A DNA stretch of 64,000 bases from Octopus vulgaris. Taxonomy: Eukaryota. Every line of letters starts with the position of its first letter. Position 1 is the first letter of the stretch. Shown in pieces: positions 42,514-57,811 of this stretch. The stretch is from assembly GCA_951406725.2 (NCBI GenBank), contig OX597830.1, forward strand, positions 8,742,001 through 8,806,000. The letters run 5' to 3'. The notes below the pieces were generated by a model. The model was not told the DNA's origin and did no database searches. It saw only the letters and a program-made list of their open reading frames with translations. The position numbers were made by a program, and so were the translations under genes.

Positions 42514-42617
42514 GTGTGTGCGCGTGAGTGTCTGTGTATGTATACGTACATACGTACACACATATATGTGTGTGTGTGTTTAATTTAATACAGACATATA
42601 ATACACACACACACACG

Positions 42618-42660
<43 letters not shown>

Positions 42661-42930
42661 CATACATAGACAAAGATATATGATGATGAAAAATAGCGCG
42701 TCATTTGAAAATGACATGGTAAAATTTCTTTAAACAGAGTAGAGAAGTGTTTGTGTAATCAGAGAGGCTGTTCACGTCTTTGAAACTTCCTACAGACTCA
42801 CATGCATATCACGCATATACCATGCAGAATCACTTGCACCTTGCGTGCATACATGTATTTTCTTATTAATACTACAACATTTGTACATCTGCATCACGCA
42901 TCTTTCCTGTCTGTAGTTATTTCATGTCGA

Positions 42931-43037
<107 letters not shown>

Positions 43038-43131
43038 GTATGTATGTATGTATGCGTGAGTACATGTACAGATGGATAGATTGATAGATAAACATTGAAA
43101 TTTTTTCCTAGTCCTCAGCTTACCGTAAATT

Positions 43132-43173
<42 letters not shown>

Positions 43174-43554
43174 ATATATATATATAGAGAGAAAGAGATA
43201 CACATGTACATGCATGTATACATATGCATATATAGAAATATATACGTAAGCATTTGCAGAGAATGAAAGCGAAGCATGCGAAAGTGTACCAGGGTGCCAG
43301 GGTACCAAAGACGGATACTTTTATGGTAGCAGGAATGAGTGAAGCAGAATAAATATTATCAGACCCGTCACCTTCCAATATTTTCGCCAAAATCTAAATC
43401 CGTAAAATTGTTTATAAACACCGCCACCGTTCCTGCCACTGCCGCCAGCAGAATACAGGTAAAACCCCTAAAACCAGCAAGAGGGCATGGCCAGAAAAAA
43501 ATACCCAAAACGAACAATAGCCATTACTGCCAGCACGATCATCCTCGACATTGT

Positions 43555-43925
43555 CATGATGACGATGATGATGACGACGATGATGATGATGATGATGACG
43601 ATGATAATGAAATTGATGATGAAGATGAAATTGATGACGATGATGATGATGATGATGATGATGAAGATGAAATTGATGACGATGATGATTATGATGATGA
43701 AATTGATGATGATGGTGATGATGATGATGAAATTGATGACGATGATGATGGTGATGATGATGATGATGATGAAATTGATGATGATGGTGAAATTGATGAC
43801 AATGATGATGATGACGACGATGATAATGATGATGATGATGAAATTGATGATGAAGATGATTATGATGATGTAATTGATGATGATGGTGATGATGATGATG
43901 AAATTAATGATGATGATGATGATGG
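43555..43925. repeat. (GAT)n-derived higher-order repeat
   Basis: Recurrent GATGATGAAATTGATGA unit every ~20-40 bp. Confidence 0.8.
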
Positions 43926-44492
43926 TCGTCTTTGTCATCGTCGTCGTCATCATTCTCATCCTCATTATCGTAATTTTCGTCATCTTGATCGTCGTCGTCG
44001 TTGTCATCATCATCATATTTATGATTGTCGTCGTCGTCGTCAGCATCATTATCATCAGCAACAGCATCGACAGACATTGCAAAAAAAAACAAAAAAAAAC
44101 AGAAATAACGATAAGAGTACATCACCACCACCACCACCACACCACCACCACCACCATCGTCATCATCATTAACAACAACAACGACAATAACAATAACAGT
44201 GCAATAACAAATAACAAATAACTAAAAAATATCGCCCAGACTTCAACAAACAATATGGCGTCCGTAGACAATTATTATGGATTAATAACAGATTACTAAT
44301 TAGTAATTAATAATTAATAATTGGACAAGATTTCTTTTGACGCCTTTTGTTCTTTTTCGTCTTTAATCCTCCATCTCCACTCCACTCACCCCGTCAATCA
44401 ATTTTTCTCTTTCTTTCTCTCATTCTCTCCCTTCCTCTATCGCTTTTCTTTTTTCTGTCTTTCTTCTTTTCTGACCATTGCTTGCATGACGG

Positions 44493-44528
<36 letters not shown>

Positions 44529-45120
44529 TGGAGGGTGGGAGAAAGAATATGAAGTTGAGAGAGAGAGTGAGTGAGCTAGAGAGAGTGAAAGTGAGAAAGA
44601 AAGTTCACAAGAGAATGAGTGTGTGAGAAAGACGAAAAGGAAGTGGACTAGAGAGAGGGAGAATGAGTGAGAGAGAAAGAGATAGAGATAGAAAGTGACG
44701 TAGAAAGAGGGAGAGAGAGAAAGAGAGAATGAAAGCGAGACAGGAAACTAGAGAGACTGAGAGAAAGATAGAGGAAGAGAAAGAAAGAATGATGTGTATT
44801 CATAAAAATATAATCGCACCCATGTTCACACACATATTGTCATGTACACAACAGAACTTCACATTCACACGGTTAAATAAACACATACGATTGCATATAG
44901 ACATATTAACACATATATATACGCACACACACACACACGCGCAAACATACATATACATACAGTCTCTCGCTCTCTCTGTCTCTCTCTCACACACACAGAG
45001 GCTTTTATGCACGCACGTAATCACAGTCTCTCGCACACATCTAAACATTTCCGCACGCACACACACACTAGGTAGTGTGTAATATAGAATGGTGTATCCC
45101 AGAGGTTCGCTACCTTTTCA

Positions 45121-45185
45121 CAGTGGTTCCGAACCTTTTTATTTAAATACGTTTTCCCACAGACCCCTTTTAATATGCTTATCCT

Positions 45186-45255
<70 letters not shown>

Positions 45256-45428
45256 TGTGTGTGTATATATATAGTAGCTGTGTGGTAAGTAGCTTACTTG
45301 CCAATCACATGGTTCTGGTTTCAGTCCCACTGCATGGCACCTTGGGCAAGGGTCTTCTATTTCGCCTCGGGCCGACCAAAGTCTTGTAAGTGGATTTGGT
45401 AGACGGAAACTGAACGAAGCCCGTCGTG

Positions 45429-45474
<46 letters not shown>

Positions 45475-45759
45475 ATGTTTGTGTGTCTGTGTTTGCCCCT
45501 TGACAACAAGCATCGGTTGCCGCTTGACAACCGATGCTGGTGTGTTTACGTCCCCGTAACTTAGGCTTGCAAAAGAATAAGTCCTGGGGGGGGAGGTCGA
45601 CCTGCTCGACTAAAAGGCAGTGCTTCAGCATGGCCGCAGTCAAATTACTGAAACACGTAAAAGAATAAAAGAATATGAAACTTTGAATTTAGCTCACGAA
45701 CCCCCAGTACTACTTTTGCGGACTATTAGGGGCTACGGACCCCAGGTTTGGAACCACTG
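45121..45759. mobile_element. hAT/Charlie-like MITE carrying an inserted SINE A
   Basis: TIRs CAGTGGTTCCGAACC / GGTTTGGAACCACTG; no clear 8-bp TSD. Confidence 0.55.
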
Positions 45760-45894
45760 CTCTATAGCAATAATTGGTGTATATATAGTAACAAAGGTTA
45801 TATAGTTATAGGGTGTACATATTTATATAGTGTGTATAGTAATGAGGTGTATATTGTAATGTGGTATATATAATAATCAGGTATATATTGTAAA

Positions 45895-46127
45895 GCTTCG
45901 CTATATCGCGGTTCGCCTATCGCGCACTCAGTACATCACGGCTCACCTATCGCGCACTCAGTACATCGCGGATTTTTCTGGTTTAATATATGTAAATTTA
46001 TATCGCAGACTCCTCAGTATATCGCGCGATTCTGTGGCCGATAGGTAGTTATATTTTTTTAGATTTTAATTGTTTCTGTGGGAGGTTTTGGAACGTAACA
46101 CCCGCAATAGCCGAGAGATTGCTGTAT
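45895..46127. mobile_element. Tigger/pogo-like MITE
   Basis: End TA-CAGCAATC(T/C)CTCG; related copies at 5115-5310 and 22245-22290. Confidence 0.55.
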
Positions 46128-46641
46128 ATACATAATAATACGGTTTATATAATAATCCTTTCTACTCTAGGCTCAAGGCCTGAAATTTGGGGGAAGGGAC
46201 TAGTTGATCGCATCAACCCCAGCGCGTAACTGGTACTTATTTAATCGACTCCTAAAGGAGGAAAGGCAAAGTCGGCCTCGGCGGAATTTGAACTCAGAAC
46301 ATGAAGACAGACGAAATACCTATTTCTTTACTACCCACAAGGGGCTAAACACAGAGGGGACAAACAAGGACAAAATCCTTCGAAACGCGGAGTAGACGAA
46401 ACGGAGGCGGCTGAAGAAGGGGAATTTTCCTTGTGTTGTATGTCCTGTACTCTGTTCTTTCGTTGTTTAAAAAAATGTCCGTTTCCATGGTTCTGTTTTT
46501 ATGTTTTCGTTTCTCATTGTGTTCGACGATTTTTTTGGTGTCCGGTTCTTGACTGAAGATTGAAGGCTTCGAATGTCCCGTCCGTGTTTTTTGTATCGTC
46601 TTCTAAATGTTTTGCGTTCTTGTCCCAGTTTGTATTTTTTT

Positions 46642-46722
<81 letters not shown>

Positions 46723-46812
46723 TAAATATATATATTTATATATGTATATATTTCTTAACTACTTTCAGCGTGAAAGCTTCGGCCACTCTGTGGTACCACC
46801 GTTATTTATACA

Positions 46813-46872
<60 letters not shown>

Positions 46873-47035
46873 GTTGCTTGGAAGATAAGTTAATCTCGTA
46901 AGGGGATGGCTACATCTAAGGAAATGCTGGTTCTATACCTAGTGTTTTGGGGAAATGAAATTTCTTAAAATTAATAGGTTTAAATTAAGAATAAAGTTCA
47001 TATTCATTTAAAGAAAGGAATGAATATATATATAT

Positions 47036-47436
47036 AGGAGGAGTGGCTGTGTGGTAAGTAGCTTGCTAACCAACCACATGGTTCCGGGTTCAGTCCCACT
47101 GCGTGGCATCTTGGGCAAATGTCTTCTGCTATAGCCCCGGGCCGACCAATGCCTTGTGAGTGGATTTGGTAGACGGAAACTGAAAGAAGCCTGTCGTATA
47201 TATGCATGTCTCTAGTTATATATATGTATATGTGTGTGTGTTTGTCCCCCTAGCATTGCTTGACAACCGATGGTGGTGTGTTTACGTCCCCGTCACTTAG
47301 CGGTTCGGCAACAGAGACCGATAGAATAAGTACTGGGCTTACAAAGAATAAATCCCGGGGTCGATTTGCTCGACTAAAAGCGGTGCTCCAGCATGGCCGC
47401 ACTCAAAATGACTGAAACAAGTAAAAGAGTAAAAGA

Positions 47437-47438
<2 letters not shown>
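47036..47438 (+). mobile_element. tRNA-derived CORE-type SINE (family A), near full length
   Basis: A/B-box-like head TGGCTGTGTGG...GGTTCAGTCCC, CORE-like CTTGGGCAA, internal TA/TG microsatellite and GTAAAAGA-repeat tail. More than 20 copies or fragments occur in the window. Confidence 0.85.
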
Positions 47439-47481
<43 letters not shown>

Positions 47482-47783
47482 TATACTTATATATATGTGT
47501 ATATATGTATGTGTGTATATGTATATATGTATATGCATATATGTATATGCATATATTTATATGTATATGTATATGTATAAATATGTATATGTATAAATAT
47601 GTATATATATATATATATGCATATATATGTATATGCATATAAGTGTGTGTATGTGTGAAAGTGTATATGTATATGTGTATATATATATGTGTATATATAT
47701 GTGTATATATTTATGCATGTATGTATATATATATGTATATACGCATGTATATATATCTACTATATATGTTCACATGTAAATGC

Positions 47784-47836
<53 letters not shown>

Positions 47837-48272
47837 GTGTGTGTATGATAGTTTTATATATATATATATATAGATAGATACACGTATATATAAATAGAGA
47901 GAGAGAAAAAATAGGAGTGAGAGATGAAGAGAGAAAAGCAACCAAGCAGATGGATGGATGCACAGACAGAGAGAGATATGCATGTCTCTAGTTATGTGTA
48001 TGTATGTATGTATGTATGTGTGTATGCATGTATGTGTATATGCATGTATGTATGTGTGTATGCATGTATGTATGCATATATATGTATGTGTGCTTGTGTG
48101 AGCGTATATAGACAGAGAACCAAGTCGATGTTTGGTTGGGTGGGTGGATGGAGACTGAAAGTGACCTACTGAATTAACAATTCGACTCCGATCTCTTTCC
48201 TCCTCCTCCTCCTCCTCTTCTTCTTCTTCGTCAGTAACATCAATATATTTGTGAATATTCATATATAAATAT

Positions 48273-48306
<34 letters not shown>

Positions 48307-48656
48307 TCCTATTAATACATATATGATGGCGTATGTACATGTGTGCTTGGGTATGTACATATACATTCATATACATATCTATATGTGTGTATATACGCAC
48401 ATATTTGTGCATATATATATATATATGTATGTATGTATACATTCACATACATATCTATATGTGTCTATAAACACACATATGTGCATATATATATATATAT
48501 ATGCAAAAAATGTGTGACAAAAGAAAATGAATCATTTTTATGACTTCTAGACATTCGTTTGAAGTTTATATTTCGATTTTCATAATTCTTCTTTCTTTTT
48601 CATATTATAACTATTATTATTATCATTATCATCGTAATCACCATTATTATTATTAC

Positions 48657-48713
<57 letters not shown>

Positions 48714-49425
48714 CATCATCGTTGTTGTTGTTAACATAAATATGTAATAATAAATATTCAAAATTATCATTATTTTATCCTTGTTGTTTCTGCTGCTATT
48801 CATATTGTCGGGGTTTAGCCCATAAATTTTTATTATTATTATCATTATCGTTGTTGTTGCTGTAAAATATTTCAGTGAAGCAGACGATCGTGTTATCAGT
48901 CTGAGAAAGACAGACCAGATTCAACCTTCTTCAATCAAACTAATCGTTCATTCCACAAGAGTTCGTTCTAAGGCAAACTATTGAAAAATATTCGAAATGT
49001 TTTCTATCCGATATATGTATAATATACATTCATACGTACACCCTTACACACACTCTCTCTCTCTCTTTCATACACATACACACACACACATATTTATTTA
49101 GATATGCATATGTACATGTACATATATACAAATATGTATGTATGTATATATATATAAATATATATATGTATACACACACATACAAATATACATATGCTGA
49201 CGTAAGTGTATATATAGGTCTGGTCTTCCGCGTTTCTATGTGAGACCAATAGCATATGTTTTTAAGTCGAGGTGGTAAAGTTGTGTACACGTGTGTGTGT
49301 GTGTATGTGTGTGTATGAATATACATAACTATATACATGTGATAACTTATTCCTGTGAGTTGCTGAATATTTGTTAAGAGAAACTACAAAACAATGTTTG
49401 TGTGTGTAAATATATATATCAATCA

Positions 49426-49480
<55 letters not shown>

Positions 49481-49599
49481 CAACGTGGAAGGTGTTTATA
49501 AGCCATTTAAGAAACACACAAAACCGTTAGATTCACTTCAACATTTAAATTTAATTTGTCAAAATATTTTCGTCGCTTTGAGACCACGACCTGTTCTCA

Positions 49600-49632
<33 letters not shown>

Positions 49633-49638
<6 letters not shown>

Positions 49639-49900
49639 TATAGGAAATTCATTCGGAATTAGGGATTTTGCAGACTTCGAAACATATGTCGAAAATAAAA
49701 TAAAGGAATTTTGTTAAATCTTCGTTCAGCTCCATTATTTCCTATACTTATACTATTAAACTTAAAATTTCCGCACTAAGGCACGGAGTATATGCCCTAT
49801 GGTCGTAATTTCAACCGCGTTCTTTCTGTTGTGAGTTTGCTACCTAGGTATCGGTTATCTCTCGAATTATCCATAATAAGATAATTCATTTATCTACTTA
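49633..49900 (+). mobile_element. 5'-truncated relative of the 2303-2740 element
   Basis: Shares CGAAAC-ATAT-GTC, AATCTTCGTTC and GCTACC(A/T)AGGTATCGGTTA. Short inverted end 49633-49648 / 49737-49752; TA-flanked. Confidence 0.55.
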
Positions 49901-50019
49901 AATATATATATATATATAATATATATTACCAGGTGGTGCTATTACCAGGTGGTGCTATTAAGTTAGACATGGCCTGGGCCAATAATGGCCGAAACCTATC
50001 AAAGTATCAAAGTATCAAA

Positions 50020-50054
<35 letters not shown>

Positions 50055-52632
50055 GTTTTGATATTATACATACACAAGCACGCATACATTTTGCAGAATG
50101 TGTATATCACATTACAAACTGAAGCTTCTTCAGTCAAGTCGTTCCATCTCATCTTTATGATTCTTCAAATGACTGAGGTAAGCGAAAAACATGACGACAT
50201 ATAAGCAAAAATATTGAACAACATCTCGGAATATGATTAATCAACTGTACAACCGGACTTGATTGGTTGCTGGAAAAATTTTAAGAAATACATGCACATT
50301 ACATCCTCTCATTATGCGTAGATCATACGATATTTTCACCTACTGACTCACGTGATGTTTCCATAGATTCATTATTATTTGTAAAAAAGAAAAAGAAAAG
50401 AAAAAGAAAGAAGGCTGCTCTTATTGGTGAATTTTCAATATTGATAAATAAGATTTTTAAAAAAAATATCTCATTAGCTTTCAGTGTAAGGCAAATCTAT
50501 TATGTTAAAAATAATATTTTTGTAGCTATTTAAACCATTTTTTGTATGTTGGAAATTATTAATCTGTACTAATCCATCAATTCTGATACTTTGTTCAAAA
50601 TTGTAAAACGCTACTTTAGAATTTCCACACAGTCAGAAATGGAATCTTCTCGATCCATTCATGTAAGGAGACGCGAGTTCTATTATACTTGTTACTATTA
50701 TTATCATCCTTTAAAACCCAGATGTAGTTAGATGGTGAAGTAGCGAGTTATCTCTCTGAATATTTGAATATATACATATATTTCGAATCCCATTTTTCAG
50801 ATGAATTTTCCAGCGTCTTATATAGTGAGGCACGTGTCACATTTTCTGTTATAATAATATCTGTGTATATTGTAGTTCATTTTCAAAGCTAGCGTTAACG
50901 AGGGTCACTGTCCCTCATAGTTATACCCTAACCATTCATGTTACCACCCTTAAAGGATAAGCAACCCTAGATATGATTGTTCGGGTTTCTCAGCAATATT
51001 TCTCACTTTTATAGATTCTGCTAACTGAATAACACTGTAGAACCTAGAAGAACGAAAAGCAAAGCTGATCACAGCAAGATTTGAACTCAAAATGTAAAGG
51101 GCCAGAACAGAATACTGTAAGAAGGAAAATAAAAGCCATATTCACCGAAAATCTAACGATTTAGCCAACTACCTAATTTGTGTAAACCCTCGTGTAATAA
51201 ATTAATTAAATTATTAACAATATAAAAATATTAACGTTTGCAGCCATAGCTAACTTCTAAGATATTTCTGTTGAAAGATGAACAACAGGAAAAGATCAAA
51301 TACAAAAAAAAAAGACCACAGCAATATATTGAGCTTTGGAAAAAATACGAACAAACCAGTGTAGTAAAATAGTAAAAGTGAGCAAATTATTAAAACGGGT
51401 GAACAGGGGGGCTTTAATGCGGAAATATTTTTGTGTGATTTGATCTCGTTTACTTAGAGAACCTTCATTACATAGTGCCGATGATGGAGACATAAATATT
51501 TAAAAAGTACACAAGTTAATTAGAACACCAAGTAATGAATCGTGTGTTGAAAACCCCGGCAGATGTTTCGGCTTGGCCTTAATTTATTTATTTGTTTACT
51601 TTGGAGAGAGAGAGGGAGGAGGGAGGGAGGGAGGGAGGGAGAGAGATCGCTTAATTCTACATTCCTCAATTGCTCTATCTGTGAATATGATATCATTGAT
51701 ACTATAAGTACTACAAATCTAACAAAGGAATGGTTTCTTTTGATATCTTCAACCTCAGTTTTATAGCCGAGACAGAGAGAAAGGGGTTCGTAGGAATCAG
51801 GAAGTGTGAGATTAGCGCCTTTAAAAAAAAACAAAACAAAAACGAAAAGATTAAGGGACGGGAATAAAGTGTTATAACTTTAACCTCGACTAGAAACCGG
51901 GTCGCCACCTCGTACTGCCAGCAGTTTACCTTGTAACTCTCTGATACTCAAATGAAAACCATAATAACTGGCGTGAATAGAATCAAAGATTAATGGTAGC
52001 CTTCAAAGAAGAATAGATCCAAAATGAAATGTGCTATATTAATGGATGTACTCAAGTGATTACTGCTGGAAGAGAGCGCATGCGTTAAAACAGACACGTT
52101 TTTAAAATAGAATCGCCATTTTGTTTCTGCTTTAATGTTGTTATTATTATTATTAATATTAGTAGTAGTATTGCTGTTGTTTTTGTTGTTGTTTGGGTAT
52201 TTTAATGGGTGAAATCAAAAGAATAATTCACATGAAGGGAAACCAGAAAAAGAAAAAAACTACGCGACGGATGGTAAAAAAAAAACGTTCCGTTGTTTGG
52301 TGAATGTGTGAAAGGAAGACGACAGAAAGATGTAGAGCTTAACAAGCAGTTTGTGGAATCTTCGTTGCTCATGTATATAATATGCGCGCGCGCGCGTATG
52401 TTTGTGAGTATGCGTGCGCATGATTGTGTTTTGGCGCGCGCACGCGTGTATGCATCGGTACATATGCATCTGCTCCCAAACGTTCAGAAACGGACATGCA
52501 GATACGCATTCAAATATTTGCATAAACATATACATGTGTATGAATGAATGATTGTATGTGTGTATGTATGTTTGCATGCTTGTATATATGTGTATGTATG
52601 TGTATTTATGCATGTATGTACATATATCTATC

Positions 52633-52663
<31 letters not shown>

Positions 52664-52666
52664 CTA

Positions 52667-52706
<40 letters not shown>

Positions 52707-52904
52707 CATACGTGTATATATATATATATATATATGCACACACATACATGTACATATATATATATATATATATATACATGCGTTTGTGTGTGTGTGTGTG
52801 TGTGCAACGAAAGTAGGATAGTGAGATGTGTTTCTGAATGAAGAGTAAAAATATTTTAAAAACGTAACGATTATTGCATAAAATTCTCCACACATACAGA
52901 ATGT

Positions 52905-52937
<33 letters not shown>

Positions 52938-53108
52938 AGGCGGAAAGACATGAATGAAGACAGACTAGAAAATAAAAATGATATTCAAATATATCAAACA
53001 AAGAGAGAGCGAGGAAGAGAGGAGGGGAGACCGAGAGAAAGAAGAAAAAAGCAGAAAACACTAAGACAAACACACAGATACACTTACAACCTCTCTTTCT
53101 TTCTCTAT

Positions 53109-53139
<31 letters not shown>

Positions 53140-53282
53140 GTATGTGTTCACAGGCACGTCTAGAATGGTTATATTTGTAAATTTTCTTTGCGGACCTTTT
53201 CTGAGTTACACTTGATTAAGAGAAATTAAGAAATACATAGTTGTAATTATGCGGGTTTTATTGTTCGTATATATATATATAT

Positions 53283-53818
<536 letters not shown>

Positions 53819-54120
53819 GCCCAGTTGTGGTTTTATGAAGGAAAGAATGAAAATTCAATGCAATGCAGAGTATATATTATTTATTGATATTATATATAGG
53901 CGCAGGAGTTGTGGTTTGGTAAGAAGCTCCCCAACCACATGGTTCCGGGTTCAGTCCCACTGCATGGAACCTTGGGCAAGTGTCTTCTGCTATAGCCTCA
54001 GGCCGATCATAACCCTGTGAGTGGATTTGGTAGACAGAAACTGAAAGAAGCCCATCGTATATATATATATATATATATATGAATGAATGTATGTATGTAT
54101 GTATGTATGTATGTATGTAT

Positions 54121-54340
54121 GTTTATATATTATTTACATTTGACGGGTATTTGTCCTAATCTTGATTATTGTTAACACAACATTTTGGCTGATATACCCT
54201 TCAACCTTCATCAGGTGTCTTGGGGAAATTTTGAACCTGGGTTCTCATTCCTAAGGTATTTTTCGATGTTGTTGTTGTTATTGTTGTTGTTATTATTATT
54301 ATTATTATTATTACTATTATTATTATTATTATTATTATTA

Positions 54341-54405
<65 letters not shown>

Positions 54406-54631
54406 ATCACTACCTGGAATCGAACTCGGAATCTTGGGGTTAGTATATAATAATGATAACATCGAAAAATATCTTAGGAATGAGAACCCAGGTTCGAAAT
54501 TTACCCAAGAAACCTGATGAAGGCTGGAGGGTATATCAACCGAAACGTTGTGTTAACAACAAACAAGATGAGGACAAATATCCGTCAAATGTAAATAATG
54601 CAAATAATTCCCCATCTTTTAAATATAGAAC

Positions 54632-54632
<1 letters not shown>
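54121..54632. mobile_element. Second copy of the tRNA-like/hammerhead fold-back family
   Basis: Same sequence as 23820-24250 in the same inverted arrangement, with an expanded (ATT)n. CTGATGA 54514-54520 ... CGAAACGTTGTGTT. Confidence 0.7.
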
Positions 54633-54685
<53 letters not shown>

Positions 54686-55973
54686 TGCAAATACGTTCTG
54701 GATTGCAGTTAAAAGTTCTCAACACGTGTGTGTGTGGGTGTTGTGTGTACGCACGCACGTGTGTCAATGTGAAGTAAACCGAAAAGAGTAATTACGATAG
54801 GTCTAAACACAGTTTGCAAACAAGTGGAAGAAGAAAATACTCAATACTGAAAATTAACTGATATAATTCATTGGAAGTCTAAATGTCGCAAACTATTACT
54901 CCAAGACTCTCGCTACCTTTTTTCTGTGGATTATGGAAAAGAAACATAAAGTTTTGTATATAACGAACAAAGATTACATAGTTGAATAGCGTAGTGAATG
55001 CTGCCTGGATGATATAGAACAGGGGAGGGATATTATTGGTTATCGATGTAATCGTTGTTTAAGAAATAAAGGTTTGATAGAGTGGCAGAGATAAATTTCT
55101 TTCTAAGTTATAAACACACAAGACAACACACTAAGGATATAATTTATATCTAAGCTTAACCGACCGCACTGGTAACGTCTCTTCCATTTTTCTCATAAAA
55201 CAGATAGGAAAACCGTTTTAACGGAAAAACATTTAAGATAAGTAATTCTTGTAAAAAATTTGTGAGTTCCACTAACCCTTTTAATTCCCAAAATCCTTTA
55301 TAACAATAATGAGGTAGTCTCAACTCTACTTGTAACTGTGTTACTCCAGCTAATTGCCTTCTTAGGAGTAATTGCTTTTCGAAAACTCTACTTTCTATAC
55401 TAAGTCCAATCTGTCAATAACAGTCCTCCCGTGAATTATAGCAATTAGACTGAAAATTATTCTAAATTTCATTTCATCTGTATAGGCGATGCTCCAGCAC
55501 GGCCGCAGTCCAGTGACTGAAACAGGTAAAAGAAAAAATTGCCTGAAGCCTCTCCAAGCACAAATGGATTTTAAAAGAAACAAGACCTGTGATGCTAAAA
55601 TCCCAGCGGGCAATTTTCTGTCACATCGTTCCATGTGTACATGGAAGTTTTCGACGTCTGTGTTTCAAATTCTGTTTAAATGAAAAATTATTGATATCAT
55701 TTCAAGATGGCTACCAAATAAACGCTCAAAAATATTCGATTCCTGTAGACATGCCTCGAAGTTCTTATTTTGCAATTACGTCCTTCCAAATGGTTCATAG
55801 AAGCAGCAAGATCACAAAAGTTGGAATAAACCTGACATTTTTTCAATGCTCCATCTTCTGACGACTTCTAAGAGTACATATCCACCACAATCTCTTTCCT
55901 TCGCACCTTTCACAATTGTCATACATACATACATACATACATGCGTACATACATACATACATACATACATACA

Positions 55974-56005
<32 letters not shown>

Positions 56006-56129
56006 GGCATACATATAGGCATACATACATACATATATATATATATACATATATTCACACATACATTCATATATGCATACATACATATATTTATGCATGT
56101 ATATCTATCTATCTATTAATCATTATTAT

Positions 56130-56332
56130 TTTATTGCCTTTGCACAGCTTCTAATGCTGGAGATGTACTACGGTGTCAGCTGTTCACTACCAATGAATTA
56201 AGGTAACACCCCTTATTTTTCGAGCACCATTCAGAATATTCGAGCAGGTCCAAGCATTACTGTTTTCTGCAAGTGCTCTACCTTTATTGCAGCCCCTATT
56301 TGTTCCATGTACTTCTCAAGGTTTTCCCTCAC

Positions 56333-56335
<3 letters not shown>
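56130..56335 (-). mobile_element. Dong/R4-clade LINE 3' remnant
   Basis: Minus translation TVRENLEKYMEQIGAAIKVEHLQKTVMLGPARIF*MVLEK*; flanked by (ATT)n. Confidence 0.7.
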
Positions 56336-56408
<73 letters not shown>

Positions 56409-56414
56409 TACTGT

Positions 56415-57190
56415 GAATGAATACGAGGAAGTAACGGGAGCAAAGATTAATCCGGAATAATCCTGGAGAGGCAGATCCATGCCGACCGACAGCGTTGTAG
56501 GACGTTAAACGGTCGTGCCTGTAAAATTGCTCGGTGTCTGGTTCGGATCGGACCTCCAGCTGGAGAAGAACTGGAGCGAGGTTACGAGCAGGGTAGCCGG
56601 TCTCACTCAGAAATAGGTTGAGAGGAAGCTATCCTTGAAAGGTCGGGCAGATGTGGCGAACATATACATCGCCTCGGTCATTTACTACCACCTCACCGTC
56701 GTGCCTTGCCCCAGTTCGTACCTGGTCAAGCTGGAGCGTTTGCCTTTCCGCCTCCATTTGCTGTCAATAACCTATGGATGGTGGGCTGGGTATGCTGTGG
56801 CTATTGATACGCAAACATGCGCTGAGGCTGCCGCACAACCAGCGTTTCCTCGACGGTGGTGAGTAGGTGTGGTCGCCGCTTGTCAGACTCGCTTTCCCGC
56901 AGCTCGTCTTTTTGAGTGAGCTGCAATCTTGGATCAAGCGTAGACCGAGGTTGGGCATCTGGCACCTTGAGTGTCGCCAGGCGCTCACGCTCCTCAACCA
57001 GTCGGGCAATGCATTTAGTGGAAATTCTACTATGGCGTTGTGTAGAGGGTTAGTGGTGAAAGGAAACGACTACGTTCTCGGGAAGACTCTAGGCGTCGAT
57101 GGACTTCAACTCGCCAGTCTGTTCCGGAGGACTTTCGAGCCGGGGCTTATGGATAACTTGCAGAAGTCCCTGGCCTGACAGTGCTACCTG
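56415..57190 (+). mobile_element. L1/Tx1-like LINE ORF2 remnant (RT C-terminal region)
   Basis: YEEVTGAKIN...VKLLGVWFG...RKLSLKGRADVANIYIASVIYY with stops and frameshifts. Confidence 0.7.
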
Positions 57191-57226
57191 GTATGTATGT
57201 ATATATATATATATATATATATATAA

Positions 57227-57258
<32 letters not shown>

Positions 57259-57811
57259 TAGTGGTGCAACAAGACACCAATGTTTACTGGAAATAGCAGA
57301 CGATACATTTACTACGCTATAGTAAAGCTTCAATGTGTGTTTACAGGCAAAGGCGTGTGAGGGCAGCAGACACGAAAAATTTTGTCTTATCTCTAGGAAG
57401 AACATTAGATAGACGGACAACCCAGAATCGGATAATCCAGTACGTAGGTTTCGGACTCTTCAAATACGTTTGTCATTGTAAATTTGATTAGTCTTCATCC
57501 GCTGGATTTACCTGGACAATATTTTAAATGTTGCTACATCAATGCCAGAATGTATATGAGAGAGCGATGGATAGTGTTATAATGTGGATTCTCGTCAACT
57601 TGTATGTTGTTGTCCACATTGTAATATTCTTGTCACCATTATTATGCTGTGGCCGTATTCCACGTCTTATTATCTTTGACTCATTAATTGTGCTATCGTT
57701 GATAGCTCCGCAAGACAATGACTTTGAAACGTCTACCTTGACCGTAATTCGAACGCGAATATAACACGTAACTGACTTCGACTCCAACTGAGAGTTCGTA
57801 CAACGACTCTA

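Noticed and set aside
43339-44172. 277-aa Asp-rich ORF resembling an acidic biomineralisation protein
   Set aside because: It has a GTG start, no signal peptide and is derived from a (GAT)n repeat open in several frames; RNA-seq support would be needed.
48878-48983. Short open stretch after TTTCAG that could be an exon
   Set aside because: Only ~35 codons, no recognisable motif and no GT donor.
49555-49600. Minus-strand GUCG/CGAC-GAAA-AUAU-UU hammerhead 3' half
   Set aside because: It is truncated where the core and 5' stem I should be, so it cannot be called.
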